A stretch of 64,000 nt of DNA from Paracoccaceae bacterium. GTDB lineage: Bacteria > Pseudomonadota > Alphaproteobacteria > Rhodobacterales > Rhodobacteraceae. Below, in pieces: positions 35,655-45,843 of the stretch. The translations under genes and the position numbers were made by a program. Below the pieces are notes generated by a model that had not been told where the DNA came from, did not search any database, and saw only the letters and a list, made by a program, of their open reading frames with translations. The stretch is from contig JANNAV010000073.1 in assembly GCA_031384695.1 (NCBI GenBank), positions 4,128 through 68,127 of the forward strand, in the 5' to 3' direction. The first letter of the stretch is position 1, and each line of letters starts with the position of its first letter.

Positions 35655-38318
35655 ATGGCTGTAGTTGTTGTCGAATCTCCGGCTAAGGCCAAGACAATCA
35701 ACAAATATCTGGGGCCGGGCTATACGGTTCTGGCCTCGTACGGCCATGTGCGGGACTTGCCTGCCAAGGATGGCTCGGTGGACCCGGAGGCCGGATTCGC
35801 CATGACCTGGGAGATTGCGGCGGACAGTCGCAAGCATATGAAGGCCATCACCGAGGCGCTGAAAACCGATGACGAGCTGATTCTGGCAACCGACCCCGAC
35901 CGCGAGGGCGAGGCGATTTCGTGGCATTTGCAGGAGGCGCTGCACAACAGCCTGAAAAAGGGTAAGAAGGTTTCAAGGGTGACGTTCAACGCCATCACCA
36001 AGGCGTCGGTGACCGAGGCGATGAAGCATCCCCGCCAGGTGGACCAGCCTTTGGTGGACGCGTATCTCGCGCGGCGGGCGCTGGATTATCTGGTGGGGTT
36101 CACCCTGTCGCCGGTGCTGTGGCGCAAGCTGCCGGGATCACGCTCGGCCGGGCGGGTGCAATCGGTGTGCCTGCGGCTGGTGGTGGAACGCGAGATGGAG
36201 ATCGAGGCGTTCCGGGCGCAGGAATTCTGGACGGTGAAGGCAGATTTGGCAACGCCACGCGGGCAGGTGTTCGAGGCGCGGCTGATCTCGCTGGCAGGCC
36301 GCAAGCTGGACAAATTCGATATTCCGACGGCGGAAGCGGCGGAAATTGCGGTGCAGGCGGTGAGGTCGCGGCCCTTGAAGGTGCTGTCGGTCGAGGCGAA
36401 ACCAGCGGCGCGCAACCCTTCGGCGCCGTTCATGACCTCGACCCTGCAACAGGAGGCGAGCCGCAAGTTCGGCATGGGGGCCAAGGCCTGCATGTCGGCG
36501 GCGCAGCGTTTGTACGAGGCGGGGCACATTACCTATATGCGGACCGACGGTATCGACATGGCCCCCGAGGCGGTGATGGCGGCGCGCGAGGCGATTGTGG
36601 CGCGGTTCGGGAAGGCCTACGTGCCCGACAGCCCCCGGATGTACAAGAACAAGGCGAAAAACGCCCAAGAAGCGCATGAGTGCATCCGGCCGACCGAGAT
36701 GGCGGCGGGGCCGGAGGATCTGCGGCTGGCCGAGGCGGATCAGCGCAAGTTGTACGATCTGATCTGGAAGCGGACCATCGCCAGCCAGATGGCGGCGGCG
36801 CGGCTGGAGCGGACGACGGTGGATGTGGCCAGCGCCGATGCGCAGGTGGTGCTGCGCGCGACGGGGCAGGTGGTGCTGTTTGACGGGTTCCTCAAGGTTT
36901 ATGAGGAAGGGCGCGACGACCCTGAACATCGTGCCACCTCCGGCGGCGAGGACGAAGACGACGCGCGGCTGCCGCAGATCATGCAGAATGAGGCAGTGGA
37001 AAAGCGGAAAGTGGCACCCGAGCAGCATTTCACCCAAGCGCCGCCGCGCTATTCCGAGGCGACTTTGGTGAAGCGGATGGAAGAGCTGGGGATTGGCCGG
37101 CCTTCAACCTATGCCTCTGTTCTGACCACGATTCAGGACCGGGAATATGTGCGCAAAGACAAGAACCGGCTGATCCCCGAGGATAAGGGGCGGCTGGTTA
37201 CCGCGTTTCTGACCAATTATTTCCGCCGCTATGTGGAGTATGATTTCACCGCCGATCTGGAGACGCAGCTTGATGATGTCTCGGCGGGAACGCGGGATTA
37301 CAAGCAGGTGCTGGAACGGTTCTGGCGCGATTTCTCGGCGGCGGTGGCGGAAACGGCGGATTTGCGCATTGGCGAGGTGCTGACCAAGATTGATGAGTTT
37401 CTGGCCCCGCATTTGTATCCGCTGCGCGCGGACGGGTCTGATCCCAAGATTTGTACGGTGTGCGGCACCGGGCGGTTGCATCTGAAAACCGCGCGGTCAG
37501 GGTCGGCGTTCATCGGCTGCGGCAATTATCCGGAATGCCGCTATACAAGGCCGATTTCGGGCGGCGATGAGGGCGGCTCGGTGGAGGGGCGCATTCTGGG
37601 CGAGGACGATGGGGTGCCTGTCAGCCTGCGCGCCGGGCGGTTCGGGCCCTATGTGCAGAAGGGCGAGGCGACGGAGGAGGTGCCGAAACCGCCGCGCGCC
37701 AGCCTGCCGAAGGGCTGGGCGCCAGAGAGCCTGACGCTGGAACGGGCGATCACGCTGTTGAACCTGCCGCGCCAGATCGGGCCGCACCCGGAGGACGGCG
37801 TGATGGTGGAGGCGGCGATCGGGCGGTTCGGGCCTTATGTGAAGCATGGCGCGGTTTATGCCAATGTGGCCGATGTGGAGGAGGTTTTCACCATCGGCAT
37901 GAACCGGGCGATGGAGGTTCTGGCGCAAAAGGCGGCGTCGCGCGGGCGGGGCACGGTGGCGGTGGTGGCGCTGCGCGATCTGGGCGCGCACCCGGACGGC
38001 GGGCCGGTGCAGGTGATGCCGGGGAAATACGGACCTTACGTGAAGTGGGGCAAGGTGAATGCGACCTTGCCGAAGGAATTGACCCCCGAGACGGTGACGC
38101 TGGAGGAGGCTTTGGCTTTGGTGGCTGAAAAGGCGGGCAAGAAGCCGGGCGCGAAAAAGGCGGCTGTGAAGAAACCGGCGGCCAAAGTTGCGGTGAAGAA
38201 GGCGGCCGCGAAAAAGTCTGCGGTGAAGAAGGTTGTGGCGGGGAAACCGGCTGCCAGGAAACCTGCCGCGAAGAAAACCGCTGCCGGGATGGCGGCGGAT
38301 TTTGGGGTGCTGGAGTAG
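35655..38318 (+). CDS. topA: DNA topoisomerase I
   Basis: ATG at 35655 (MAVVVVESPAKAKTINKYLGPGYTVLASYGHVRDLP, the Toprim domain). The catalytic region reads GHITYMRTDG. Zinc-ribbon-like repeats are present. The C-terminal tail is Lys/Ala-rich. Confidence 0.97.
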   Translation: MAVVVVESPAKAKTINKYLGPGYTVLASYGHVRDLPAKDGSVDPEAGFAMTWEIAADSRKHMKAITEALKTDDELILATDPDREGEAISWHLQEALHNSLKKGKKVSRVTFNAITKASVTEAMKHPRQVDQPLVDAYLARRALDYLVGFTLSPVLWRKLPGSRSAGRVQSVCLRLVVEREMEIEAFRAQEFWTVKADLATPRGQVFEARLISLAGRKLDKFDIPTAEAAEIAVQAVRSRPLKVLSVEAKPAARNPSAPFMTSTLQQEASRKFGMGAKACMSAAQRLYEAGHITYMRTDGIDMAPEAVMAAREAIVARFGKAYVPDSPRMYKNKAKNAQEAHECIRPTEMAAGPEDLRLAEADQRKLYDLIWKRTIASQMAAARLERTTVDVASADAQVVLRATGQVVLFDGFLKVYEEGRDDPEHRATSGGEDEDDARLPQIMQNEAVEKRKVAPEQHFTQAPPRYSEATLVKRMEELGIGRPSTYASVLTTIQDREYVRKDKNRLIPEDKGRLVTAFLTNYFRRYVEYDFTADLETQLDDVSAGTRDYKQVLERFWRDFSAAVAETADLRIGEVLTKIDEFLAPHLYPLRADGSDPKICTVCGTGRLHLKTARSGSAFIGCGNYPECRYTRPISGGDEGGSVEGRILGEDDGVPVSLRAGRFGPYVQKGEATEEVPKPPRASLPKGWAPESLTLERAITLLNLPRQIGPHPEDGVMVEAAIGRFGPYVKHGAVYANVADVEEVFTIGMNRAMEVLAQKAASRGRGTVAVVALRDLGAHPDGGPVQVMPGKYGPYVKWGKVNATLPKELTPETVTLEEALALVAEKAGKKPGAKKAAVKKPAAKVAVKKAAAKKSAVKKVVAGKPAARKPAAKKTAAGMAADFGVLE

Positions 38319-38321
38319 CCG

Positions 38322-39368
38322 TCAGGCGGTGCCGCGCGGGTTCAGCAAGCGCTTTAGCACCCCCTCGCGGGTGATCTGGCCGACGGTCACACCGTCTTCG
38401 ATCAGGCGCAGAGCGCGGGTGTCGCCGTGCAGTTTCGACATCACGTCGCGGATCGGGGTGTCGATATCCGTGTCGCCCGAGGTGGGGAAGGTGCCGGGGG
38501 TGGGTTCCATCGCATCGCGCGCGGTCAGCACGCCCAACGGGTTCATGTGATTGACAAAATCGGCGACGTATTCCGACACGGGGTTCGAGAAAATCTCGCG
38601 CGCGGTGCCGCATTGCACGATGCGGCCACCTTCCATCAGGGCGATACGGTCGCCCAGTTTGAACGCTTCATCCAGATCGTGCGACACGAAAACGATGGTG
38701 CGCTGCAGCTTGTCCTGAAGTTCCAGCAATTCATCTTGCAGGCGGGCGCGGATCAGGGGATCGAGGGCGGAAAACGGCTCGTCCATCAGCAGGATCGGGG
38801 CTTCGGTGGCGAAGGCGCGGGCGAGGCCGACGCGCTGTTGCATGCCGCCCGACAACTCGCCCACCTGCCGGTCAGCCCATTGCGCAAGGCCGACGAGGGC
38901 CAGTTGGCGCTCCACCCGCTCACGCCGTTCAGCCTCGGGAACGCCGGCAAATTCGAGGCCGAGGCCGACGTTGTCGCGCACCGAGCGCCACGGCAGCAGG
39001 CCGAATTGCTGAAACACCATGGCGATGTTGGAAAGACGCAGGCGGCGCAGGGTGAGGGGGTCGGCGCGGGTTACCGAGGTCATCCTGTCGCCGTCGTTCA
39101 CCCGGACCTCGCCGCGCACCACCGGGTTGAGGCCGTTGACGGCGCGCAGCAGGGTGGATTTGCCCGAACCGGACAGGCCCATCAGCACAAGGATCTCGCC
39201 TTGCGCCACCGTGAGCGAGCAGTTGTGCACGCCGAGCACCTGACCGGTGGCACCCTGAATTTCGGCCCGGTGCTGGCCTTGATCCATCAGGGGCAGGGCA
39301 GTGGCGGGGGTTTCGCCGAACACGATGGAAACATTGTCAAATTCGACAGCTGGAAGGGGGGCGTTCAT
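38322..39368 (-). CDS. glycine betaine/choline-type ABC transporter ATP-binding protein (ProV-like, with a CBS-type C-terminus)
   Basis: ATG at 39368 within track ORF 38322..40085(-). Walker A is GLSGSGKST, the signature is LSGGMQQRV, and Walker B is LLMDEPFSALD. Confidence 0.93.
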   Translation of the reverse strand: MNAPLPAVEFDNVSIVFGETPATALPLMDQGQHRAEIQGATGQVLGVHNCSLTVAQGEILVLMGLSGSGKSTLLRAVNGLNPVVRGEVRVNDGDRMTSVTRADPLTLRRLRLSNIAMVFQQFGLLPWRSVRDNVGLGLEFAGVPEAERRERVERQLALVGLAQWADRQVGELSGGMQQRVGLARAFATEAPILLMDEPFSALDPLIRARLQDELLELQDKLQRTIVFVSHDLDEAFKLGDRIALMEGGRIVQCGTAREIFSNPVSEYVADFVNHMNPLGVLTARDAMEPTPGTFPTSGDTDIDTPIRDVMSKLHGDTRALRLIEDGVTVGQITREGVLKRLLNPRGTA

Positions 39369-40234
39369 TTGGTTTTGATCCTCAGCATACGGTCCAGCAC
39401 GATGGCGACGACGACGATGATGAACCCGGATTCGAACCCGAGTGCGGTGTTGACCGAATTCAGCGCCCGCACCACCGGCACGCCAAGCCCGTTTGCGCCG
39501 ACGAGAGCGGCGATCACCACCATGGACAGCGACTGCATGATGGTCTGGTTGAGCCCGGCCATGATCTGCGGCATCGCGAAGGGTAGTTCCACCTTCCACA
39601 AGCGCTGCGACGGGGTGGCACCGAAGGCGGTTGCGGCCTCCAGAAGGGCGGTGGGGGTGGTGGAGATGCCGAGGTGGGTCAGGCGGATCGGCGCGGGCAG
39701 CACGAAGATCACGGTGGCGATCAGGCCGGGCACCGGGCCGATGCCGAAAAACACAATGGCCGGGATCAGGTAAACGAAGGTGGGCAGGGTTTGCATCAGA
39801 TCTAGCACCGGCACCATATAGGCGTAAAGTTTCGGGCGGCGGGCGAAGGCGATGCCGAGGGGCACGCCTATCCCCATGCAGACCACGCAGGCCGACAACA
39901 CCAGCGTGAGGCTTTCGGTGGTTTCCTCCCAATAGCCTTGGTTGAGGATGAAGAGAAACCCGAGTGCGACCCCGAAGCAGGTTTTCCACGAGCGTTGCAA
40001 GTACCAGGTGAGGCCCACAAAAAGGCCAATCAACACAAGGGGGTGGGGGGCTTGCAGCAGCCACAGGACCGAGTTGATCAGCCAATCCATCACGGTAGAG
40101 ATGCTGTCGAACACGCCGCTGAGATTGGCTTTCATCCAGTCGAACACCTGCTTGGCGGATTTACCGATCTGGATCTTGATGGATTTGTCGCTCATCAGGT
40201 CGATGAAGGTTTCGCTGTCGGTCAGCCAATTCAT
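39365..40234 (-). CDS. glycine betaine/choline-type ABC transporter permease (ProW-like)
   Basis: 289 aa. The EAA-type loop reads LLEAATAFGATPSQRLWKVELP. It overlaps the ATPase start (ATGA). Confidence 0.93.
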   Translation of the reverse strand: MNWLTDSETFIDLMSDKSIKIQIGKSAKQVFDWMKANLSGVFDSISTVMDWLINSVLWLLQAPHPLVLIGLFVGLTWYLQRSWKTCFGVALGFLFILNQGYWEETTESLTLVLSACVVCMGIGVPLGIAFARRPKLYAYMVPVLDLMQTLPTFVYLIPAIVFFGIGPVPGLIATVIFVLPAPIRLTHLGISTTPTALLEAATAFGATPSQRLWKVELPFAMPQIMAGLNQTIMQSLSMVVIAALVGANGLGVPVVRALNSVNTALGFESGFIIVVVAIVLDRMLRIKTK

Positions 40235-40293
40235 GGTGCCCCCTTTGCCGTTCGAGACTGGCGGCCCCGGTCTGTGCCGGGGCCGCGGACCGG

Positions 40294-41220
40294 TTACTTC
40301 AGCGCAGTCATCACGGCGGCGGTGGCATCGCCGCCATCTTTGGTGGTGACCCCGGCAAGCCAGGCGGTGACGGCATCGGGGTTGGCAACCATCCAGGCCT
40401 TGGCGGCATCAAGCGAGTCGGTGCCGTTATCAAGGATGGCGGCCATGATCTCGTTTTCCATCGGCAGGGTGAACTTCAGGTTGGTCAGCAGCTTGCCTAT
40501 GTTCGGGCATTCGGCGACGTAGCCTGCGCGCGCATTGGTATAGACGGTGGCGCCGCCGAAGTTCGGGCCGAAGAAATCGTCGCCGCCCGTCAGGTAGTTG
40601 ACCGAGAAATTGGCGTTCATCGGGTGGGGGGCCCAGCCAAGGAAGATGATCGGCTCTTTGTCGCCCGCGCGGGCCACCTCGGCCAGCATGCCCTGCTCGG
40701 AGGATTCGACCACTTCGAAATCCTTCAGGCCGAACGCATCTTTTTCCACCATCGACAGGATCAGGCGGTTGCCGTCATTGCCGGCCTCGATGCCGTAGAT
40801 CTTGCTTTCCAGCGCCTCGGAGTTCCTGGCGATATCGGCGTAGTCCTTGATACCAAGTGCCGCACCCACGCCGTTGGTGGCGAGGGTGTATTTGGCACCT
40901 TCAAGGTTGACGCCAACCACATCGACGGTTTTCGCATCGCGGTAGGGGGCGAGATCAGCCTCCATCGTGGGCATCCAGTTGCCGAGGAACACATCAATAT
41001 CGCCCTGCGCGAGGCCGGTGTAAGTGACCGGAACAGAAAGCAATTTGATCTCGGATTCGTAGCCGAGCGCGTTCACGATCAGGCTGGTGGCGGCGGTGAT
41101 GGCGGTGATATCGGTCCAGCCGACATCGGAGAAGGTGACCTTGTCGCAGCCCGCGGCGTATGCGCCGTTTGCGAAAGTAAAGGCCAGCGTGGTGGCGAGC
41201 AGGGCGGATTTGAGGGTCAT
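40294..41220 (-). CDS. periplasmic substrate-binding protein of the betaine/choline ABC transporter (ProX/ChoX-like)
   Basis: ATG at 41220. Signal peptide is MTLKSALLATTLAFTFANGAYA. The mature protein contains FSDVGWTDI and GNWMP motifs typical of quaternary-amine binding proteins. Confidence 0.9.
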   Translation of the reverse strand: MTLKSALLATTLAFTFANGAYAAGCDKVTFSDVGWTDITAITAATSLIVNALGYESEIKLLSVPVTYTGLAQGDIDVFLGNWMPTMEADLAPYRDAKTVDVVGVNLEGAKYTLATNGVGAALGIKDYADIARNSEALESKIYGIEAGNDGNRLILSMVEKDAFGLKDFEVVESSEQGMLAEVARAGDKEPIIFLGWAPHPMNANFSVNYLTGGDDFFGPNFGGATVYTNARAGYVAECPNIGKLLTNLKFTLPMENEIMAAILDNGTDSLDAAKAWMVANPDAVTAWLAGVTTKDGGDATAAVMTALK

Positions 41221-41255
41221 GTGAGGGCTCCGGGTTGGTGAGTTGTTTATTCTTG

Positions 41256-41269
41256 ATTGACGAGTCAAT
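41256..41269. promoter_or_regulatory. 14-bp palindrome in the divergent ABC-transporter/betI intergenic region (candidate BetI operator)
   Basis: ATTGAC-GA-GTCAAT is embedded in the AT-rich tttattcttgattgacgagtcaataaac. It resembles the TTGATTG..CAATCAA-like BetI boxes I remember. Confidence 0.5.
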
Positions 41270-41317
41270 AAACTTCAAGCTAGCCTCAAAAATCAAGGGT
41301 TATTTTTGGGTGGCCGG

Positions 41318-41923
41318 ATGCCGAAGCTTGGGATGGAGCCTATTCGAAAGGCGGCGCTGGTCAAGGCAACTATTGTCGAGATCGGCCGGGCGGGGTCTTT
41401 GGATGTGACGGTCAGCCAGATTGCCAAGCGGGCGGGGATGTCTTCGGCGCTGGCACATCACTATTTCGGCTCCAAGGAAGAGATGTTTCTGGCGGCGATG
41501 CGCCACATCATGACGCTTTACGGCGCGGAGGTGCGCGGCGCGCTGGCGGCGGTGGACGGGCCGGAGGCACGGTTGAACGCGGTGCTGCGCGCATCATTTT
41601 CGCCTGCGAATTTCCGGCGGGAATCGGTGGGGGCCTGGCTGAATTTCTGGGTGCTCGCCCTTTCGGTGCCCGAGGCAAAGCGGTTGCTCGCGGTCTATCA
41701 GGGGCGGCTGCGCTCGAACCTTTTGCATGCGCTCAGGCCTTTGGCGGGGGCGCGGGCCGGGGCGATTGCGGGCGGCCTGGGGGCGCTGATCGACGGGCTT
41801 TATCTGCGGGAGGCGTTGAAATCGGGGCCACCCGACGGGGTGGGGGCGGTTGCCGCCGCTGCGGCCTATCTCGCCGGGCAGTTGGGCGAAAACTGGTTGC
41901 AGGGCGCGCGGCCTGCGCCCTGA
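41318..41923 (+). CDS. betI: TetR-family repressor BetI
   Basis: Product [64 protein letters not shown]. It is adjacent to betA. Confidence 0.9.
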   Translation: MPKLGMEPIRKAALVKATIVEIGRAGSLDVTVSQIAKRAGMSSALAHHYFGSKEEMFLAAMRHIMTLYGAEVRGALAAVDGPEARLNAVLRASFSPANFRRESVGAWLNFWVLALSVPEAKRLLAVYQGRLRSNLLHALRPLAGARAGAIAGGLGALIDGLYLREALKSGPPDGVGAVAAAAAYLAGQLGENWLQGARPAP

Positions 41924-41966
41924 GGGCGGCAATGGAAGGGCCGGGAAACCGGAAAGGGTTCTGGGG

Positions 41967-43616
41967 ATGCAGGCGGATTTCGTGATTGTGGGGGCGGGCT
42001 CGGCGGGGTCGGCGATGGCGTACCGGCTGGGCGAGGCGGGGCAATCGGTGATCGTGATCGAGCATGGCGGCACCGATATGGGGCCGTTCATCCAGATGCC
42101 GGGGGCGCTGTCCTACCCGATGAACATGCCGCTTTACGACTGGGGGTTTCACACCGAGCCCGAGCCTTATCTGGGGGGCCGGGTGCTGGCCACGCCGCGC
42201 GGCAAGGTGCTTGGCGGCTCATCCTCGATCAACGGCATGGTCTATGTGCGCGGCCATGCAAAGGATTTCGACACCTGGGACGCGATGGGGGCCCAAGGCT
42301 GGTCTTATGCCGATGTGCTGCCCTATTTCAAGCGGATGGAGAACTGGCACGGCGGCGATGCGTCGGAGTGGCGCGGCCACGACGGGCCGCTGCACATCAC
42401 GCGCGGGCCGCGCGACAACCCGCTGTTTGACGCCTTTATCGAGGCGGGGCGGCAGGCGGGCTATCCGGTGACGGGCGATTACAACGGCGCGGCGCAGGAG
42501 GGGTTCGGGCCGATGGAGGCGACGATCTGGAAGGGGCGGCGCTGGTCGGCGGCGAATGCCTATCTGCGGCCCGCGATGGCGCGCGGCAATGTGACAGTGG
42601 TGCGGGGCTTCGCGCGCCGGGTGGTGATCGAGGCGGGGCGTGCGGTGGGGGTTGAGGTGCTGCGCAGCGGCCGGGTCGAGGTGATACGGGCGGCGCGCGA
42701 GGTGGTGATCGCGGCCTCGCCGATCAACACGCCAAAGCTGTTGATGCTGTCGGGGATCGGGGCGGGGGCGCATCTGGCCGAGCACGGCGTGCCGGTGGTG
42801 GCAGACCGGCCCGGGGTGGGGGCGAATTTGCAGGACCATCTGGAACTCTATCTGCAATTCGCCGCCAGCCAGCCGATAACGCTCTATAAATATTGGAATA
42901 TCTGGGGCAAGGCATGGGTTGGCGCGCAGTGGATGCTGACACGCAAGGGCCTGGGTGCTTCGAACCAGTTCGAAGCTTGCGCCTTTATTCGCAGCAAGGC
43001 GGGGGTGGAATATCCCGATATCCAGTATCATTTCCTGCCCATCGCGGTGCGCTATGATGGCAAGATCGCGGCCAGCGGCCACGGCTTTCAGGCCCATACC
43101 GGGCCGATGCGATCGCGGTCGCGGGGGGCGGTGACACTGCGGTCGGCCGATCCGATGGTGCCGCCGAAGATCCTGTTCAACTATATGCAAGACCCCGAGG
43201 ACTGGGTGGATTTCCGGCGCTGCATTCGTCTGACGCGCGAGATTTTCGGGCAAGAGGCGTTCAGGCCGTTCGTCAAGCACGAGATTCAGCCGGGGTCGGC
43301 GGTGGAAAGCGACGCCGCCCTCGACGCCTTTATCAGCGAGCATGTGGAAAGCGCCTATCACCCCTGTGGCACCGCGCGGATGGGGCGGCGCGATGATCCG
43401 ATGGCGGTGGTGGACCCGGAGTGCCGGGTGATCGGGGTCGAGGCGCTGCGGGTGGCCGACAGCTCGATCTTCCCGCAGGTGACCAATGGCAACCTGAACG
43501 CGCCCTCGATCATGGTGGGCGAGAAGGCCGCCGATCATATTCTGGGGCGGGTGCCGCTGGCGCGCTCCAATCTGGAGCCGGAACTGAACCGCGAGTGGCG
43601 GGTGGCGCAGCGGTAA
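41967..43616 (+). CDS. betA: choline dehydrogenase (GMC oxidoreductase)
   Basis: ATG at 41967. Product starts [21 protein letters not shown] and contains [18 protein letters not shown] and the C-terminal HPCGTARMG motif. Confidence 0.95.
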   Translation: MQADFVIVGAGSAGSAMAYRLGEAGQSVIVIEHGGTDMGPFIQMPGALSYPMNMPLYDWGFHTEPEPYLGGRVLATPRGKVLGGSSSINGMVYVRGHAKDFDTWDAMGAQGWSYADVLPYFKRMENWHGGDASEWRGHDGPLHITRGPRDNPLFDAFIEAGRQAGYPVTGDYNGAAQEGFGPMEATIWKGRRWSAANAYLRPAMARGNVTVVRGFARRVVIEAGRAVGVEVLRSGRVEVIRAAREVVIAASPINTPKLLMLSGIGAGAHLAEHGVPVVADRPGVGANLQDHLELYLQFAASQPITLYKYWNIWGKAWVGAQWMLTRKGLGASNQFEACAFIRSKAGVEYPDIQYHFLPIAVRYDGKIAASGHGFQAHTGPMRSRSRGAVTLRSADPMVPPKILFNYMQDPEDWVDFRRCIRLTREIFGQEAFRPFVKHEIQPGSAVESDAALDAFISEHVESAYHPCGTARMGRRDDPMAVVDPECRVIGVEALRVADSSIFPQVTNGNLNAPSIMVGEKAADHILGRVPLARSNLEPELNREWRVAQR

Positions 43617-43693
43617 TCTTCCTCCCCCCCCGGCGTTAACGCTTTGTTAAGGAATCGGTTGTGCTGTGCGGGCTGCCGGGTGATACCGGGGCC

Positions 43694-44371
43694 ATGTTCA
43701 CACTTCGTTCACTTTTGGCCGGGGCATTGCTGATGCTGGCGGCGTCTGCGGCAGCGGCACCCGAATTGCGCGGCACCGCCCGGGTGGTGGACGGCGATAC
43801 CATCGCGCTGGGCGGCGTCAATCTGCGGCTGTTCGGGATCGACGCGCCGGAACGCGGCCAGACCTGCGAGAAAAACGGTGAAAGCTGGGCCTGCGGTGGG
43901 TTTGCGCGTGCCACGCTGGCAAAGCTTGTCGCCGGGCATGAGGTGCGATGCCGTGTGCTGCGCAAGGTCGACAAGTACCAGCGGCCGGTGGTGATCTGTG
44001 CGGTTGCGGGGGAGGATCTGGCACGCGCCATGGTCAAAGCCGGGGCGGCGGTGGCCTATCTGCGCTATTCGGACCGTTATGCGGCGGACGAGGCGCAGGC
44101 GCGCGCCGCACGCACCGGCATCTGGGCGGGGCGGATGGTGGCACCCGAGGATTACCGCCACCGCGATGCCAGCGCTGCCCCCGGCCCCGACCCCGGCCCC
44201 GGCCCCGGCGCCTGCCGTATCAAAGGCAATATCGGCACATCAGGCCGGATTTTCCACGCTCCCGGCCAACGCGACTACACCCGCACCAAAATCAACCCTG
44301 CCACAGGTGAAGCGTGGTTTTGCACCAGTGCCGAGGCCAAAACGGCGGGCTTTCGCGCCGCGCTGCGCTGA
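43694..44371 (+). CDS. secreted thermonuclease (SNase) family protein with a conserved Cys-containing C-terminal domain
   Basis: Signal peptide is MFTLRSLLAGALLMLAASAAAA. The SNase core reads VVDGDTIAL..LRLFGIDAPE. A GPDPGPGPG linker leads to CRIKGNIGTSGRIFHAPGQRDYTRTKI...WFCTSAEAKTAGFRAA. Confidence 0.85.
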   Translation: MFTLRSLLAGALLMLAASAAAAPELRGTARVVDGDTIALGGVNLRLFGIDAPERGQTCEKNGESWACGGFARATLAKLVAGHEVRCRVLRKVDKYQRPVVICAVAGEDLARAMVKAGAAVAYLRYSDRYAADEAQARAARTGIWAGRMVAPEDYRHRDASAAPGPDPGPGPGACRIKGNIGTSGRIFHAPGQRDYTRTKINPATGEAWFCTSAEAKTAGFRAALR

Positions 44372-44396
44372 TCGGCTTTTTCGGCGCTGCGGGCCG

Positions 44397-45794
44397 TCAA
44401 TCCGCTATTTCATAGGGCAGCACGCCGCGCCGTGCCGGGTCAATCTTCAGCCGCCGCTCCAGGGGGGGCACCGAGCGTTGGTGGCAATCGCGGCGCTCGC
44501 AGATGCGGCAGGAAATGCCGATCGGCTCGAACCGGCCTTTCAGATCAAGGCCATCGGCATAGACGAGGGCTGCGGCATGGGTGATCTCGCAGCCAAGGCC
44601 GATGGCATAGCGGCGCACCGGGGCAAGCCAGGCACCGCCGGGTTTGGAGACATCGCGCGCGAGGCAGAAATAGCGCACCCCGTCGGGGGTTTCGGCCAGT
44701 TGGCGCAGGAAATGGCCCGGCGTCTCGAAGGCGCGGTGCACATTCCACAAGGGGCAGGCACCGCCGAAGCGGGCGAATTGCAGCCGGGTGGCGGAATGGC
44801 GTTTGGTGATGGTGCCGGCCTGATCGACGCGCACAAAGAAGAACGGAATGCCCTTGGCACCGGGGCGTTGCAGGGTGGACAGCCGGTGCGCCACCTGTTC
44901 AATCGAGGCGCCGAACTGGCCTGCGAGGCGTTCCAGATCATGGCGCGTGCTTTGCGCCGCCGCAAGGAAGGTGCGGTAAGGCATCAGGGCGGCACCGGCA
45001 AAGTAGTTGGCAAGGCCGATCTTGGCGATATCGCGGGCAGCACCAGATTGAAAGCGCGCGAGATCAAGCGTGGCCTCCAGCAGATCATTCTGGGTTTGCA
45101 GCGCGATCTGGTAGAGCAGTTGAAACCGCTGGGTCGCGGTGGCGGCCTGGGCTGCAAGCACAAGATGCCGGGTTTTGGCGTCAAACAGGCGCAGGGCGGA
45201 ATTGTTGGAAAACTGCACCTCGATGCCCTGTTTGCCAAGCGCCTCGATTGCGAAAACCAGCAAGTCTTTACCGGGGGTTGCGCCCAATACGTAATGTTCG
45301 GCGGCCCGGTCGATGGCATCAAGGTAATTGTCGCAATAGTGAAAGAAGTCGCGCACCTCTTCCCAGGGCGAGGCGCGAAACGCGGCGTCGTCGCGGCCCA
45401 AAGCCTCGTCCAGCGAGGCAAGCCGTTCGTGGCTTTGCCGGTAGGCGCGGTGCAGATCGAGAAAGGCCCGCGCCAGCGCAGGCGCGTTGGCGGCAGCCAG
45501 CCGCAGGTCGGCCAAGGGCGGGGTGGTGCTGGCGAACACCGGATCGGCCAACGCCTCGCGCATGTCCGAGACCAGACGCTCGCCCTCGCCGGCGCTGATC
45601 TCGGTGACGTCAAAACCGAACTCCTGCGCCAGCGCCAAAAGGACCAGCGCCGACACCGGGCGGTGGTTGTTTTCCATCTGGTTGAGATAGGGCAGCGAGA
45701 TGCCGAGTTTGGCCGCAAAGCCGCGCTGGGTCAGGGCGAGGCGGGCGCGCAGTTCGCGCAGTTTGGCACCGGCGTAAAGTTTGGTGGGGGGCAT
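44397..45794 (-). CDS. pccR: XRE-HTH plus IrrE/ImmA-like domain regulator of the short-chain fatty acyl-CoA regulator (ScfR) family, PccR-like
   Basis: ATG at 45794. The HTH reads LYAGAKLRELRARLALTQRGFAAKLGISLPYLNQMENNHRPVS. The protein has a long C-terminal domain with a Cys cluster (CRICERRDCHQR). It sits next to pccB, as I recall for Rhodobacter sphaeroides PccR. Confidence 0.85.
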   Translation of the reverse strand: MPPTKLYAGAKLRELRARLALTQRGFAAKLGISLPYLNQMENNHRPVSALVLLALAQEFGFDVTEISAGEGERLVSDMREALADPVFASTTPPLADLRLAAANAPALARAFLDLHRAYRQSHERLASLDEALGRDDAAFRASPWEEVRDFFHYCDNYLDAIDRAAEHYVLGATPGKDLLVFAIEALGKQGIEVQFSNNSALRLFDAKTRHLVLAAQAATATQRFQLLYQIALQTQNDLLEATLDLARFQSGAARDIAKIGLANYFAGAALMPYRTFLAAAQSTRHDLERLAGQFGASIEQVAHRLSTLQRPGAKGIPFFFVRVDQAGTITKRHSATRLQFARFGGACPLWNVHRAFETPGHFLRQLAETPDGVRYFCLARDVSKPGGAWLAPVRRYAIGLGCEITHAAALVYADGLDLKGRFEPIGISCRICERRDCHQRSVPPLERRLKIDPARRGVLPYEIAD

Positions 45795-45807
45795 GGCTGC
45801 GTCCTTG

Positions 45808-45833
45808 TTGCAAAGCCAAGCGTGGCTTTGCAA
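45808..45833. promoter_or_regulatory. perfect 10-bp inverted repeat carrying TTGCAAA/TTTGCAA half-sites, 14 nt upstream of the pccR start
   Basis: Sequence TTGCAAAGCC-aagcgt-GGCTTTGCAA. It also lies 11 nt downstream of the stop codon of the MFS gene. Confidence 0.6.
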
Positions 45834-45843
45834 ACAGGCGTCG

